Shown here: positions 12,615 to 22,648 of the stretch, one piece after another
How the letters are laid out: each line of letters starts with the position of its first letter
Position numbering within the stretch: the stretch's first letter is position 1
From: a virus
Virus record (IMG/VR): IMGVR_UViG_3300025759_000058
DNA length: 64,000 nt
Strand: one strand, 5' to 3'
Translations under genes and position numbers: made by a program
Notes under the pieces: model-generated
Told to the model about the DNA's origin: nothing
The model's database searches: none
The model's input: the letters and a program-made list of their open reading frames with translations, nothing else

Positions 12615-12845
12615 ATGGATAAAAAAGAAAGAGCAATGCAGGCACGTGGCATGAAACCGTTACGTGCAGAAGATTTAATCGATATCATATGTGAGTCATG
12701 CGGAGGACGATTCTTTAAAGAAGTTCAGTCATTTAAACGCGTGCCTGCACTTCTTTCTCCGACTGGTAAAGAACAGATTATGCCAGTGCCTACTTTTAGA
12801 TGTGATGACTGCGGCCATATTAATGAAGAGTTTATGCCTAAGTAA
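12615..12845 (+). CDS. zinc-ribbon protein
   Basis: CESC...CDDC. Confidence 0.75.
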   Translation: MDKKERAMQARGMKPLRAEDLIDIICESCGGRFFKEVQSFKRVPALLSPTGKEQIMPVPTFRCDDCGHINEEFMPK

Positions 12846-13285
12846 TGACTAAGAAACCGAAAACTATATTTGATCATCTCGCCGGCATTAGTCATAAAAA
12901 AGATGAATGGAATTCACTGACAGAAGCAGATCAAAAATCTTTTTCGCCATATTTAATTAACAGATGGCTATCGATGCAATACGATCTAATTGAGGTTGTG
13001 GATGCATTGCAGAGGTTTACTATAGGCCCATTATCGACAAAGCATGTATATCAGTTATATTATGACGTTTTGCCAGCAAAGCGTTATTTTGCAAAATATA
13101 TTAAAGGTAAGGCATCTGTTAAATTTGACAAGGAGTTATTGACACTGATAGCAAATCACTTTCAGATATCAAAACAAGAAGCTACTGATTATCTAGAAAT
13201 ATGGTTAACGTCAGATGCCGAGCCTCTCAGAGAGATCTTACGTAAATATGGTAAAACGGACAAAGAGATAAAGAAATGGCTATAA
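12845..13285 (+). CDS. clamp loader small subunit (gp62-like)
   Basis: FSPYLINRWLS and YQLYY...KRYFAKYIK resemble gp62-family motifs; replisome context. Confidence 0.7.
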   Translation: MTKKPKTIFDHLAGISHKKDEWNSLTEADQKSFSPYLINRWLSMQYDLIEVVDALQRFTIGPLSTKHVYQLYYDVLPAKRYFAKYIKGKASVKFDKELLTLIANHFQISKQEATDYLEIWLTSDAEPLREILRKYGKTDKEIKKWL

Positions 13286-13545
13286 GCAAATTTATACGAG
13301 AAACAAAAAACAAAGTAGAACTTTCAGAAACTGTACATCACCCCGATCATTATGGCGGCGAAGATAATATTTACGAAGCTATAAAAGTTATTGAAGCTTG
13401 GGGATTAAATTTCGCATTAGGAAATACAGTTAAATACATTTCACGAGCCGGCAAAAAAGATCCTAACAAGACGCTAGAAGATCTAGAAAAGGCACTTTGG
13501 TATTTAGAACGTGAAATATCTCGTATAAAAGATTTGGATAAATAA
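13276..13545 (+). CDS. DUF3310/SaV-like protein
   Basis: HPDHY, EAI, GNTVKYISRAGKK, EDLEKALWYL. Confidence 0.85.
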   Translation: MAISKFIRETKNKVELSETVHHPDHYGGEDNIYEAIKVIEAWGLNFALGNTVKYISRAGKKDPNKTLEDLEKALWYLEREISRIKDLDK

Positions 13546-13564
13546 TCATTATTTCTTATATTTA
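13533..13564 (+). promoter_or_regulatory. class I promoter
   Basis: TTTG-N20-TATATTTA, with ATG 4 nt downstream. Confidence 0.7.
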
Positions 13565-13568
13565 GAGT

Positions 13569-14501
13569 ATGCATAGTTTAATTAAGTTTAATATACGAGA
13601 ACCTAACGGCGAACGTAAGATATCATACTCTCAATTTTCAATGTATAGCAAATGTCCTAAACAATGGGAATTGGCATATGTACAAAATTTACGAGAGTTT
13701 AGGCAGAGTATTCATACACTATTCGGTACGGCATTTCATGAGACGCTTCAAGAATATTTGACGGTAATGTATGAACAATCGGCAAAAAAGGCTGATGAAC
13801 TCGATGTCAATGGCATGCTCCTCAACAAGATGGCAGATGCATATGCACATGCCGTGAAGGAGATGGGCGAACATTTTTCGAATAAGTTTGAACTTAATGA
13901 GTTTTATAATGACGGTGTACTCATTCTAGATTATCTTAAAAAGAATAGATCAAAATATTTTTCTGCTAGGCATGAAGAGTTGGTAGGTATCGAAGTTCCA
14001 ATTTACCACCAGGCAGATGATGATAATAGTTCTGTTATGATGATGGGGTTTCTAGATATTGTCATACGAGATAAGCGTACGGATCGTATTAAGATTATCG
14101 ATATTAAGACAAGTACACAAGGATGGAATAAGTATCAAAAGGCTGATAAACTAAAGGCGTCGCAGTTAGTTTTATATAAAGAATACTTTGCTCAGCAATT
14201 TGGGTTTGATGTAGATAAAATTGATATACTATATTTAATTGTTAAGCGTAAGTTAATTGAAGGAGCGATGTTTCCACAGAAACGTGTGCAAGAATTTGTG
14301 CCGGCGAGCGGTAAGCCTACAAGAAACAAACTTAAGAGTTCATTGAACAATTGGATTGGTTCAAGTTTTGATAAAGATGGAAATTACAACGTTAATAAAA
14401 CATATCCAGCGGTTGCCGGCAAGAATAAGAAAAATTGCAAATACTGTGAATTTGCAGATCGTGAAGATCTTTGCCCTGTTGCTAAAAGGATCAAAGAATG
14501 A
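13569..14501 (+). CDS. PD-(D/E)XK nuclease (RecB/Cas4-like)
   Basis: SYSQ...CP, GTAFH, GFLD...IIDIKT, QLxxY, and C-terminal CKYC...CP Fe-S-type cysteines. Confidence 0.88.
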   Translation: MHSLIKFNIREPNGERKISYSQFSMYSKCPKQWELAYVQNLREFRQSIHTLFGTAFHETLQEYLTVMYEQSAKKADELDVNGMLLNKMADAYAHAVKEMGEHFSNKFELNEFYNDGVLILDYLKKNRSKYFSARHEELVGIEVPIYHQADDDNSSVMMMGFLDIVIRDKRTDRIKIIDIKTSTQGWNKYQKADKLKASQLVLYKEYFAQQFGFDVDKIDILYLIVKRKLIEGAMFPQKRVQEFVPASGKPTRNKLKSSLNNWIGSSFDKDGNYNVNKTYPAVAGKNKKNCKYCEFADREDLCPVAKRIKE

Positions 14502-14896
14502 AAATCGCGATGATTGGATCTAGGCACTATGAAAAGCCTAGAAAAATACGAGACACGATTACTAATTCTAAACGGAAGTTTGGCGATGAATTGATAATTA
14601 TTTCCGGTGGGGCAAAAGATGGAGCTGATCGGTATATAAAAAAGTATGCAATAGAGTTTGGTGTTACGTATAAAGAGTTTAATCCAGCACATACACCGAG
14701 AAATCTATACAGTGCTATGTCAGAAGATTATTACAATAAGCCGTATCACGTGTCTCAATTTCATCATCGTAATATGCTACTGGCTAAAGATTGTGATGTA
14801 ATGATTGCATTTGCGGAAGGCGATGTTACTAACGGCACAAAAAGTGCAATTCAAGCAGCAAAACGGCTTGGAAAAAAGGTGGTTATTATCACCTAA
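14498..14896 (+). CDS. SLOG-family (YspA/DUF2493-like) protein
   Basis: IGSR, SGGAKDGAD, RN, GT motifs. Confidence 0.8.
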   Translation: MKIAMIGSRHYEKPRKIRDTITNSKRKFGDELIIISGGAKDGADRYIKKYAIEFGVTYKEFNPAHTPRNLYSAMSEDYYNKPYHVSQFHHRNMLLAKDCDVMIAFAEGDVTNGTKSAIQAAKRLGKKVVIIT

Positions 14897-14899
14897 ATC

Positions 14900-14908
14900 A
14901 TATTTATA
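14900..14908 (+). promoter_or_regulatory. class II (putative late) promoter motif ATATTTATA ahead of the glycan cluster
   Basis: The motif recurs shortly before gene starts at 32497, 32899, 33882, 55239, 55602, 57495 and 63212. Confidence 0.5.
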
Positions 14909-14940
14909 ATAAAGAAAAAGAACGGTTATACGGAGATTTA

Positions 14941-16401
14941 ATGGAACAGTTACAGTTACCTAAGCTTAGGAAGATTGATCCTAACAAACCAAAAAAGAAA
15001 AAGATTTTATTGTTATCAGATGACTTGCGCATGCATTCTGGTATTGCAACAATGTCACGTGAATTTGTAATGGGCACTCTTAAAGAGTATGACTGGGTAC
15101 AGATTAGTGCAGCAGTAAAGCATCCAGAAGAGGGCAAAATTATGGATTTGTCCCAAAGCGTTGCAAAAGAGACTGGTATTAATGATGCATATTTAAAGTT
15201 ATATCCTGTATCAGGGTACGGTAATGCACAGATATTGCAGCAAGTAATGAATATTGAAAAGCCGGATGCAATATTGCACTTTACAGATCCTAGGTTCTGG
15301 GGTTGGTTATATCAACTTGAACATTCGCTTCGTCAGCACATCCCCCTTATGTATTATAATATTTGGGATGATTTGCCATATCCGCATTGGAACGAACCAT
15401 TTTACGAGTCATGTGATTTGATCATGAACATTTCACGTCAGACTCAAAACATTGTAAAAAATGTTCTTAAAAAGTATCCTAAACCAGATTGGGCAGTGCA
15501 ATGGGTATCGCATGGTATTAATGAAAATGATTTCCGTATTATTAACGAATTGGATAAAGATTGGAATGAGTATAAAAAGTTTAGTGATGATTTTAAGAAA
15601 ACTCATGACGTAGACTTTATTGTGTTCTGGAACAATAGGAACATTCGACGTAAGCAACCAGGGGATTTAGTGTTAGCGTTTAGTGAGTTTTGCAATCGAT
15701 TACCAAAAGAAAAGGCAGACCGTACATGTTTACTAATGCATACTCAGCCAGTAGATCAAAATGGTACAGATTTATATGCTGTCGCAAATACAGTTGCACC
15801 TAATAGAAAAGTTTTCTTCACTGATGGGCATATAGATAGAAAGCAATTAAACTTCTTGTACAATATGGCCGATGTAACTGCTAATATTGCATCTAATGAA
15901 GGCTTTGGTTTATCTCACGCAGAATCGTTAATGGCCGGCACGCCGATTATTAATAATGTAACGGGCGGTCTTCAAGATGGATGTCGTTTCGAAGATGAAG
16001 AAGGGAATTGGATAGAATTCGATACAGAGTTTCCATCTAATCATAATGGAAGATATAAAAAGCATGCAGAGTGGGCTAAACCAGTATTTCCGACAAACAG
16101 ATCATTACAGGGCTCACCACCGACGCCGTATATATTTGATGATAGAGTTGACTACAAGGATGTTGCGGATGCAATTGAATATTGGTATGAGTTAACACCA
16201 CAAGAGCGTGCTGAGATGGGCGAAGCTGGACATGAATGGGCAATTGGTGATGAATCAAATTATTCGGCTAGAAAGATGTCTGAGCGATTTATAGAATGTA
16301 TTAATACATGTTTAGATAATTGGACACCGAAAGAAAAATTCACGATGTATTCAGTGCCATTAAAACAAAGTTATGAATTTGAAAAAATAGGAGTATTATG
16401 A
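14941..16401 (+). CDS. GT4-family glycosyltransferase
   Basis: NRNIRRKQ, NEGFGLSHAESLMAGTP. Confidence 0.9.
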   Translation: MEQLQLPKLRKIDPNKPKKKKILLLSDDLRMHSGIATMSREFVMGTLKEYDWVQISAAVKHPEEGKIMDLSQSVAKETGINDAYLKLYPVSGYGNAQILQQVMNIEKPDAILHFTDPRFWGWLYQLEHSLRQHIPLMYYNIWDDLPYPHWNEPFYESCDLIMNISRQTQNIVKNVLKKYPKPDWAVQWVSHGINENDFRIINELDKDWNEYKKFSDDFKKTHDVDFIVFWNNRNIRRKQPGDLVLAFSEFCNRLPKEKADRTCLLMHTQPVDQNGTDLYAVANTVAPNRKVFFTDGHIDRKQLNFLYNMADVTANIASNEGFGLSHAESLMAGTPIINNVTGGLQDGCRFEDEEGNWIEFDTEFPSNHNGRYKKHAEWAKPVFPTNRSLQGSPPTPYIFDDRVDYKDVADAIEYWYELTPQERAEMGEAGHEWAIGDESNYSARKMSERFIECINTCLDNWTPKEKFTMYSVPLKQSYEFEKIGVL

Positions 16402-17729
16402 AACCATATATAGTAGTAATGGGTCCGGTGGCCACTAGGTCCGGATATGGCAATCATATGAGGGACTTATGTATAAGCTTAATTGATTCGGATAAGTATG
16501 AAGTTGATATAATTTCATTGCCATGGGGAAACACTCCTATGGATGCACTCAAAGCAGATAACGAAGAACATCAGCGTATTTCTAGTCGTATTGCTAAGCA
16601 AAATATATCGCGTAAGCCAGATGTATTTATTCAAGTATCTGTCGCAAATGAATTTCAGGCGCATGGAAAATACAACATCGGTATTACAGCCGGCGTTGAG
16701 ACAGATCAGCCGCCTGGCGAATTTATCGAAGGCTGCAATAAAATGGATTTGATTATCGCCACTTCAGAGTATACGAAAGAGAGCTTGCAAAAAGTATCAT
16801 ATGATAAGTTAGATAAGAAGACTAATCAAAAAATTGGCGATATTCGTCTAACTACGCCTATCGAAGTATTAGCAGAAGGAGCAGACCATTCGATTTATAA
16901 AAAACTAAAACGAGCCGAAATTCATGAGTCGGTTGATGCATATTTGAGCAAAATACCTTCATCATTTAACTTTTTATTTGTTGGTCATTGGTTAAAAGGA
17001 GCCCCTGGTCATGATCGTAAAGATGTTGCTATGATGATTAAGACATTTTGCGAAACATTTAAAAATAAAGCAAAACAGAATAAACCTGGTTTGATCTTAA
17101 AAACTAGCCATGCAACGTTTAGTATAATGGACCGAGATGAAATTTTCCGTAAAATACAAGAGATTTTAGAACCGTACGGCGATAAGGCTCCTAACATCTA
17201 TTTGATACATGGCGACTTAACGGATGAAGAAATGAATTCATTATATAACCATTCAAAGGTAAAGGCAATGATATCATTTACTAAAGGTGAAGGATTCGGA
17301 CGTCCGTTATTGGAATTTACATTTAGTGGTAAGCCAGTAATTGCCTCTGACCACTCCGGCCATAAAGATTTCTTACGTGTGAGTCATATGTTACCGGGCG
17401 AACTTACTAAAGTACATAAATCGGCAGCCGATCAATTTATACTTGAAGGTTCAAATTGGTTTACTGTAAACTATCAATATGCATCTAAAGTTCTTAAAGA
17501 TTGTGTTGACAACTATAAAAATTACATGAAGGCAGCTAAAGAACAGTTTAAGATTAGCCGTAAAGAATTTACACGAGATATAATGGCTAGCAAATTATGT
17601 GCAATAGTTGATAAAGGTATAGACTCAGTGCCTAAAGAAGTATCATTGCAATTGCCAAAACTTAAAAAATCGTCTAATTCTAGTACCCCTAAGTTAAAAT
17701 TACCAAAACTTAATAAGGTAGAAGCATGA
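16398..17729 (+). CDS. GT4-family glycosyltransferase
   Basis: SGYG, DRKD, GEGFGRPLLEF..SGKPVI. Confidence 0.9.
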   Translation: MKPYIVVMGPVATRSGYGNHMRDLCISLIDSDKYEVDIISLPWGNTPMDALKADNEEHQRISSRIAKQNISRKPDVFIQVSVANEFQAHGKYNIGITAGVETDQPPGEFIEGCNKMDLIIATSEYTKESLQKVSYDKLDKKTNQKIGDIRLTTPIEVLAEGADHSIYKKLKRAEIHESVDAYLSKIPSSFNFLFVGHWLKGAPGHDRKDVAMMIKTFCETFKNKAKQNKPGLILKTSHATFSIMDRDEIFRKIQEILEPYGDKAPNIYLIHGDLTDEEMNSLYNHSKVKAMISFTKGEGFGRPLLEFTFSGKPVIASDHSGHKDFLRVSHMLPGELTKVHKSAADQFILEGSNWFTVNYQYASKVLKDCVDNYKNYMKAAKEQFKISRKEFTRDIMASKLCAIVDKGIDSVPKEVSLQLPKLKKSSNSSTPKLKLPKLNKVEA

Positions 17730-18244
17730 AAGATTTAAAAGCAGATTATGATAGCACTTCGCCGATAACAGGTAACTTTTGTGTTATGGAAGAATCGGAT
17801 CCAGAAACTAATACTACATCGTATATGTGTATGGAGTCAGGTTGGACAACGTCAGACCATATGAAAATTGGGTCAGATTTAGTGCAAGCATTTGAGGAGA
17901 ACTGTACGGAACTAATGCGCAAATCTCGTATAGATGATGAAGAACGTGGATTAGTTTGGTTTCCTGCGTTTATGCAAATGCCTAATGCAATGTTGTACTG
18001 TACCGGTGCTGATGTATCATCACTGAAATGGGAAGTTGCGGCAGTTATATCTGTTCCAGATGAAGAGAAGGAAAGATATCCTATTCCAGGACGCCCAGGC
18101 GAATACTATACGTCTAAGTTGGATGTCGAAAATGCTAATCAATATGATAAGTTAGACTTTGAGACGGCATTAAACGAACTATATGATATCGTAGAAAAAG
18201 GTTATAATGAGTATAAAGATCAGTTACGCGATTCCGGTATGTAA
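17726..18244 (+). CDS. hypothetical protein
   Basis: 172 aa acidic ORF, translationally coupled. Confidence 0.75.
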   Translation: MKDLKADYDSTSPITGNFCVMEESDPETNTTSYMCMESGWTTSDHMKIGSDLVQAFEENCTELMRKSRIDDEERGLVWFPAFMQMPNAMLYCTGADVSSLKWEVAAVISVPDEEKERYPIPGRPGEYYTSKLDVENANQYDKLDFETALNELYDIVEKGYNEYKDQLRDSGM

Positions 18245-18842
18245 TGAATGGATGGAATTAGAGCATCTTCTAAAATACCTATTTAAACATAAACGTGATC
18301 AAGATGAGATTGTAGTTCAATGTGATAAAGGAAATACTACACCTAACGTGTATCAAGTACTACAAGAATATTCTACTTATTATTCTGTAGGATTTAAAGT
18401 AACTGAGTTCCCTTTAAACAAAGATTTTGCTTCATTTAAAAACAACCTTAAAGATAATTGTTCGGGGGATTACATATTCCAAATTGATGCCGACGAATAT
18501 CCAGATGAATATTTAATGGACATGATTGAGCCTACCATTAATATGAACAATTCAGTTGATATATTCTGGGTACCTAGAATTAATAAAGTAAATGGGCTTA
18601 CTCAAGAGCATATTAACGCTTGGAAATGGAATGTCGATCGCGATGGAAGAGTTAATTTTCCAGACTATCAATGTCGTATCATGAAGAACGTGAAAAGAAT
18701 TAAATGGAAAAATAAAGTCCATGAAGTACTTACAGGATACAAGACAGAGGCTAAATTACCTGCAAATGATGAATTTTGTCTAATTCATATCAAAGATATT
18801 AAACGTCAAGAACATCAAAATGCATTTTATGATACGATATGA
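18207..18842 (+). CDS. GT2-family glycosyltransferase
   Basis: YAIPVCNE, IDADE (DxD), VHE. Confidence 0.88.
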   Translation: MSIKISYAIPVCNEWMELEHLLKYLFKHKRDQDEIVVQCDKGNTTPNVYQVLQEYSTYYSVGFKVTEFPLNKDFASFKNNLKDNCSGDYIFQIDADEYPDEYLMDMIEPTINMNNSVDIFWVPRINKVNGLTQEHINAWKWNVDRDGRVNFPDYQCRIMKNVKRIKWKNKVHEVLTGYKTEAKLPANDEFCLIHIKDIKRQEHQNAFYDTI

Positions 18843-19861
18843 TTAAGATCAAATTATATGAATTAGATAAACATCGTAATGAGTGTGCGTTTCGGCCATA
18901 TATAGCCGCTCAACACGTATTACGTGATATTGGGATAGAATTTACGCAGGGTGATTCGTATGATTATGCATGGATAGCTCAAGCTAGTTTTCTTAATAAG
19001 AAAGTATCATTAGGTCAGTCTGTAAACGATGGGTTAGAATTTTTGTCTAAAATTACCGGCGACTATATGTTGTTAGATGGGCAAGATTCTACATCATTAC
19101 TTGGCTCGTACGAAGTATTTAAAGAGTCTAATGCATTGCTTCTATTAAAGAATAGTCTGTTGAAGAATCGATCGTTATATAAACAAGGCTCACAACTAGG
19201 ACGATATTATTGGGGACCGGGCGATTATAAATTAGAAGATTTCGACGACTATTCAGATCGTATAGTATTAAGTGGTACGAATTGGTTATCTACTCATTGG
19301 GCTGGTATCAATGTACAATGGCAACAAATTGATAGACCACGTAAATACGATGTGTCAGCTATGTTTCAATATCCATCCAAGCAAATTAATTATGAACATG
19401 GAATTGACCAGACCACGCCATATGATAAGTTTCGTACTAATTGTATAGATCAACTTAATCAATCGTCTAGACTAGTTGCTAAATTAGAAAACGGCGAACG
19501 CGTATCACAACAGGAATACTTTCAACGAATGTATGATTCGAAGCTTATAGTAGCTCCGTTCGGATATGGCGAAATGGCTCCTAGAGATTTAGAAGCAGCG
19601 ATGTTCGGATCAGTGCTTATTAAGCCAGATATGAGTTACGTAGATACTAATCCAAATGTGTTTGTACCTAACGAAACGTATATTCCATGTAAACATGATT
19701 TTAGTGACCTGAACGAAAAAATTGAAGAAATATTAGGAAATCAGGAGCAATATTCTTATATTATTAACAACGCACGTGCTAAGTATATTGAGGCAATGGA
19801 TCCACAGACATTAGCAATGAATGTGTATAACATATTTAAACAGTTGGACGGGATAGAATAA
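18839..19861 (+). CDS. putative GT-B glycosyltransferase (paralog of 24654-25676)
   Basis: SKLIVAPFGYGE..PRDLEAAMFGSVLIKP; shares DSTSLLG.YEVF with its paralog. Confidence 0.75.
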   Translation: MIKIKLYELDKHRNECAFRPYIAAQHVLRDIGIEFTQGDSYDYAWIAQASFLNKKVSLGQSVNDGLEFLSKITGDYMLLDGQDSTSLLGSYEVFKESNALLLLKNSLLKNRSLYKQGSQLGRYYWGPGDYKLEDFDDYSDRIVLSGTNWLSTHWAGINVQWQQIDRPRKYDVSAMFQYPSKQINYEHGIDQTTPYDKFRTNCIDQLNQSSRLVAKLENGERVSQQEYFQRMYDSKLIVAPFGYGEMAPRDLEAAMFGSVLIKPDMSYVDTNPNVFVPNETYIPCKHDFSDLNEKIEEILGNQEQYSYIINNARAKYIEAMDPQTLAMNVYNIFKQLDGIE

Positions 19862-21009
19862 TGAAAAAAATATGGTACGCTCCTTATAAGTTTGAATCTT
19901 ATGGCAATGAGGAAATAAAAGCAGTTGAAGAATCATTAAAATCTGGTTGGTTAGGAGGACAAGGTCCTAGATCGGTTAAGTTCGAAAAAGAAATTGCAAA
20001 AAGATTTGGTAAGAAATATGGAGTATTTGTCAACTCCGGAAGTTCTGCATGTTTATTAGCAATAGCATCCCTTGATCTTCCTAAAGGAAGTAAAATTATA
20101 ACTCCTGCTTGTACTTTTTCAACAACACTAGCTCCTATTATTCAATTAGGATACATTCCTGTATTTGTTGATGTCGATCCTACTTCATATTGTGCTAAAG
20201 TAGAAGATATAATGGAAGTTCTAGACAAGGATGTAAGAGCTATAATGCTCCCTAACTTAATAGGCAACAAACCAGACTGGGAATCCCTCAGATTTGAATT
20301 AGATAACCATAACAGACACGATGTGTTATTGATAGAAGACTCAGCAGATACTATCACTCATACAGAATGTACTGATGTGTCTACTACTAGTTTTTATGCT
20401 TCTCATGTTATCACAGCTGGTGGAGTTGGAGGTATGGTAATGTTTAACGATAAAAAACATGTCACACGTTGCCTCCAATACAGAGATTGGGGGCGTATAG
20501 GAGATGATTCTGAAATAATGGATGATCGTTTTAACCACAAAGTAGATGGAATTCCTTATGATCATAAATTTTTATATAGTGTGTTAGGGTACCACATGAA
20601 AGCTTGTGAAATGAATGCTGCTTTTGGCCTTGTTCAACTAAAAAGATTTGAAAAATTCTCTAAAATTCGTAGAGAAAATTTTGAAAGATACTTAGAAAAT
20701 TTACAAGGTGTAGGAGATTTAGTTCTTCCTAATGATAGTCTTAAACCTAATTGGTTAGCTATTCCTTTACAAACTGAAAAAAGATTTGAACTCCTTACAT
20801 TCCTTGAAGAAAATAATATTCAAACTAGAGTAACATTTGCTGGTAATGTAACACGTCACCCAGTTTATAGAGAATATTTGCAAGAGTTTACTAACTCAGA
20901 TATTATTATGAAAAACGGTTTTTTGTTAGGAGCTCACCATGGAATGACAATTGAAGATGTAGATTATGTTTGTGATAAAATTAAAGAATTTTTTGCACGA
21001 CAATTATAG
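19861..21009 (+). CDS. DegT/DnrJ-fold PLP enzyme, RfbH/ColD-like NDP-sugar 3-dehydratase
   Basis: VNSGSSA, IEDSAD, SFYASHVITAGG with His at the usual Lys position, RDWGR. Confidence 0.85.
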   Translation: MKKIWYAPYKFESYGNEEIKAVEESLKSGWLGGQGPRSVKFEKEIAKRFGKKYGVFVNSGSSACLLAIASLDLPKGSKIITPACTFSTTLAPIIQLGYIPVFVDVDPTSYCAKVEDIMEVLDKDVRAIMLPNLIGNKPDWESLRFELDNHNRHDVLLIEDSADTITHTECTDVSTTSFYASHVITAGGVGGMVMFNDKKHVTRCLQYRDWGRIGDDSEIMDDRFNHKVDGIPYDHKFLYSVLGYHMKACEMNAAFGLVQLKRFEKFSKIRRENFERYLENLQGVGDLVLPNDSLKPNWLAIPLQTEKRFELLTFLEENNIQTRVTFAGNVTRHPVYREYLQEFTNSDIIMKNGFLLGAHHGMTIEDVDYVCDKIKEFFARQL

Positions 21010-21029
21010 TTATCAATGGAGTCAAAAAG

Positions 21030-21710
21030 ATGAAGAATATTTCAATTTTAGGTGACGGCTTATTAGGATCAGAATTACAAAATCAACGATCGAACTGGAT
21101 GTTATATTCTCGGCGACAGACGAATTTTGATATTAAAGATATCAATATACCTGAGTCAGATGTAATTATTAACTGCATAGCACATACAAATACATATGAT
21201 ACAGATCGACAACCTAATTGGGACGTAAATTATAAATTCGTATCAGATTTAGTAGAATATTGTAATACGACTAATACTAAATTAGTTCATATATCAACAG
21301 ATTATATATATTCAAATTCTGACACAAATGCAACGGAAGATTCAGTGCCAGTTCATTGTAATAATTGGTATGGGTATACAAAGCTATTAGCAGACGGCTA
21401 TGTACAGTTAAAAAGTAATGATTATTTAATTATTAGATGTACACATAAGCCGACTCCATTTCCATACGAATCAGCTTGGATTGATCAAATTGGTAATTTT
21501 GACTATGTCGATTTAATAGCTTCATTGATAATAAAACTTGTAGAAAAAAATTGTTACGGCGTTTATAATGTGGGCACTCATACAAAGACTATGCATGAAT
21601 TAGCAAAACGTACTAGGATAGTAAGTTCATCATTCCGCCCAACATATGTGCCTGGCAATACTAGTATGAACATTAACAAATTAACAGGAGTTATATGCGA
21701 TTTGCATTAA
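21030..21710 (+). CDS. RmlD-like NDP-4-keto-sugar reductase
   Basis: GDGLLG, HISTDY, YGYTK (YxxxK). Confidence 0.85.
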   Translation: MKNISILGDGLLGSELQNQRSNWMLYSRRQTNFDIKDINIPESDVIINCIAHTNTYDTDRQPNWDVNYKFVSDLVEYCNTTNTKLVHISTDYIYSNSDTNATEDSVPVHCNNWYGYTKLLADGYVQLKSNDYLIIRCTHKPTPFPYESAWIDQIGNFDYVDLIASLIIKLVEKNCYGVYNVGTHTKTMHELAKRTRIVSSSFRPTYVPGNTSMNINKLTGVICDLH

Positions 21711-22648
21711 TAGTCGATAGTTGTGGCGTTGGATCTTATCAAGTTAAAGATAATAAAGCATATTCATTAATCGACGGCAACGTGCCATTTCAATTTCACC
21801 ATTCTATTGGTAATGAATGTTTTATGGGATTCTGGAGTTTGCCATTTGTTTTCGATGGATGTTTTATTAATTGGAGCGAATGGACCGATTTACCAGATCT
21901 AGATTTAGAAGTAATATTTATATCGATTGAAAAACGTTTTGATACTTGTACTATTGAACATTTACGTGAAAAATATCCAAATGCTAAAATTTATGGTTAT
22001 GTAAAAGAAACGTGGAATTGGGAACATGCGTGGAAGCAGCGATTACACGTACTCAATCAATGTGATAAAGTTATAATACCAGTTGAAAATCTTGGACTAT
22101 TTCCTCAACTAACAGCTAATTGTATACGTGATATAGAATACTTACCACAGCCAGTAAATATAGATTATTTATATAATCATTATTACACTGATGAACGTAC
22201 CGATTCTATATTTGCCTATGATATTGTATGGAATCAGTCTAGACGCGGTAATACAATTAAATTTGCACAATATCTTAGTCAAAAATATAACGTAGATCTG
22301 ATTAATATTAATACTCAATATGAAAAAAATCAATGGGAAGCTTTTTTAAATTACTGGCCTAAATGTACATTTCATGTAAACTTAGACCCAATGCCTATGT
22401 TTCCAGGTCAACAAGCAATCCAATGTGCTACTCTAGGCGTTATTCAATTAGGCGGAGTTAATGATTCGCATGCGCGATTGTTTCATGAAACGGCTACAAA
22501 TGATCTTAAACTTTTAGAAGATAAATTTGTAGAATATTTAGAAAATTTTGATAGACGTATAGAAGTAATGGAAAATGCATTCCATAAAGTTAATAAACTG
22601 TATTCATTTGAAGCAGTATATAATAAATTTAATAGGATCATAGAATGA
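21695..22648 (+). CDS. putative glycosyltransferase
   Basis: GT-B-like C-terminus (GQQAIQCATLG...AFHKVNKLYSF); cluster context. Confidence 0.55.
   Translation: MRFALIVDSCGVGSYQVKDNKAYSLIDGNVPFQFHHSIGNECFMGFWSLPFVFDGCFINWSEWTDLPDLDLEVIFISIEKRFDTCTIEHLREKYPNAKIYGYVKETWNWEHAWKQRLHVLNQCDKVIIPVENLGLFPQLTANCIRDIEYLPQPVNIDYLYNHYYTDERTDSIFAYDIVWNQSRRGNTIKFAQYLSQKYNVDLININTQYEKNQWEAFLNYWPKCTFHVNLDPMPMFPGQQAIQCATLGVIQLGGVNDSHARLFHETATNDLKLLEDKFVEYLENFDRRIEVMENAFHKVNKLYSFEAVYNKFNRIIE

Noticed and set aside
13569-14501. Cas4-like nuclease as evidence of a CRISPR-Cas system
   Set aside because: No repeat-spacer array or other cas genes in the window; stand-alone PD-(D/E)XK nucleases are common in phage replication modules.
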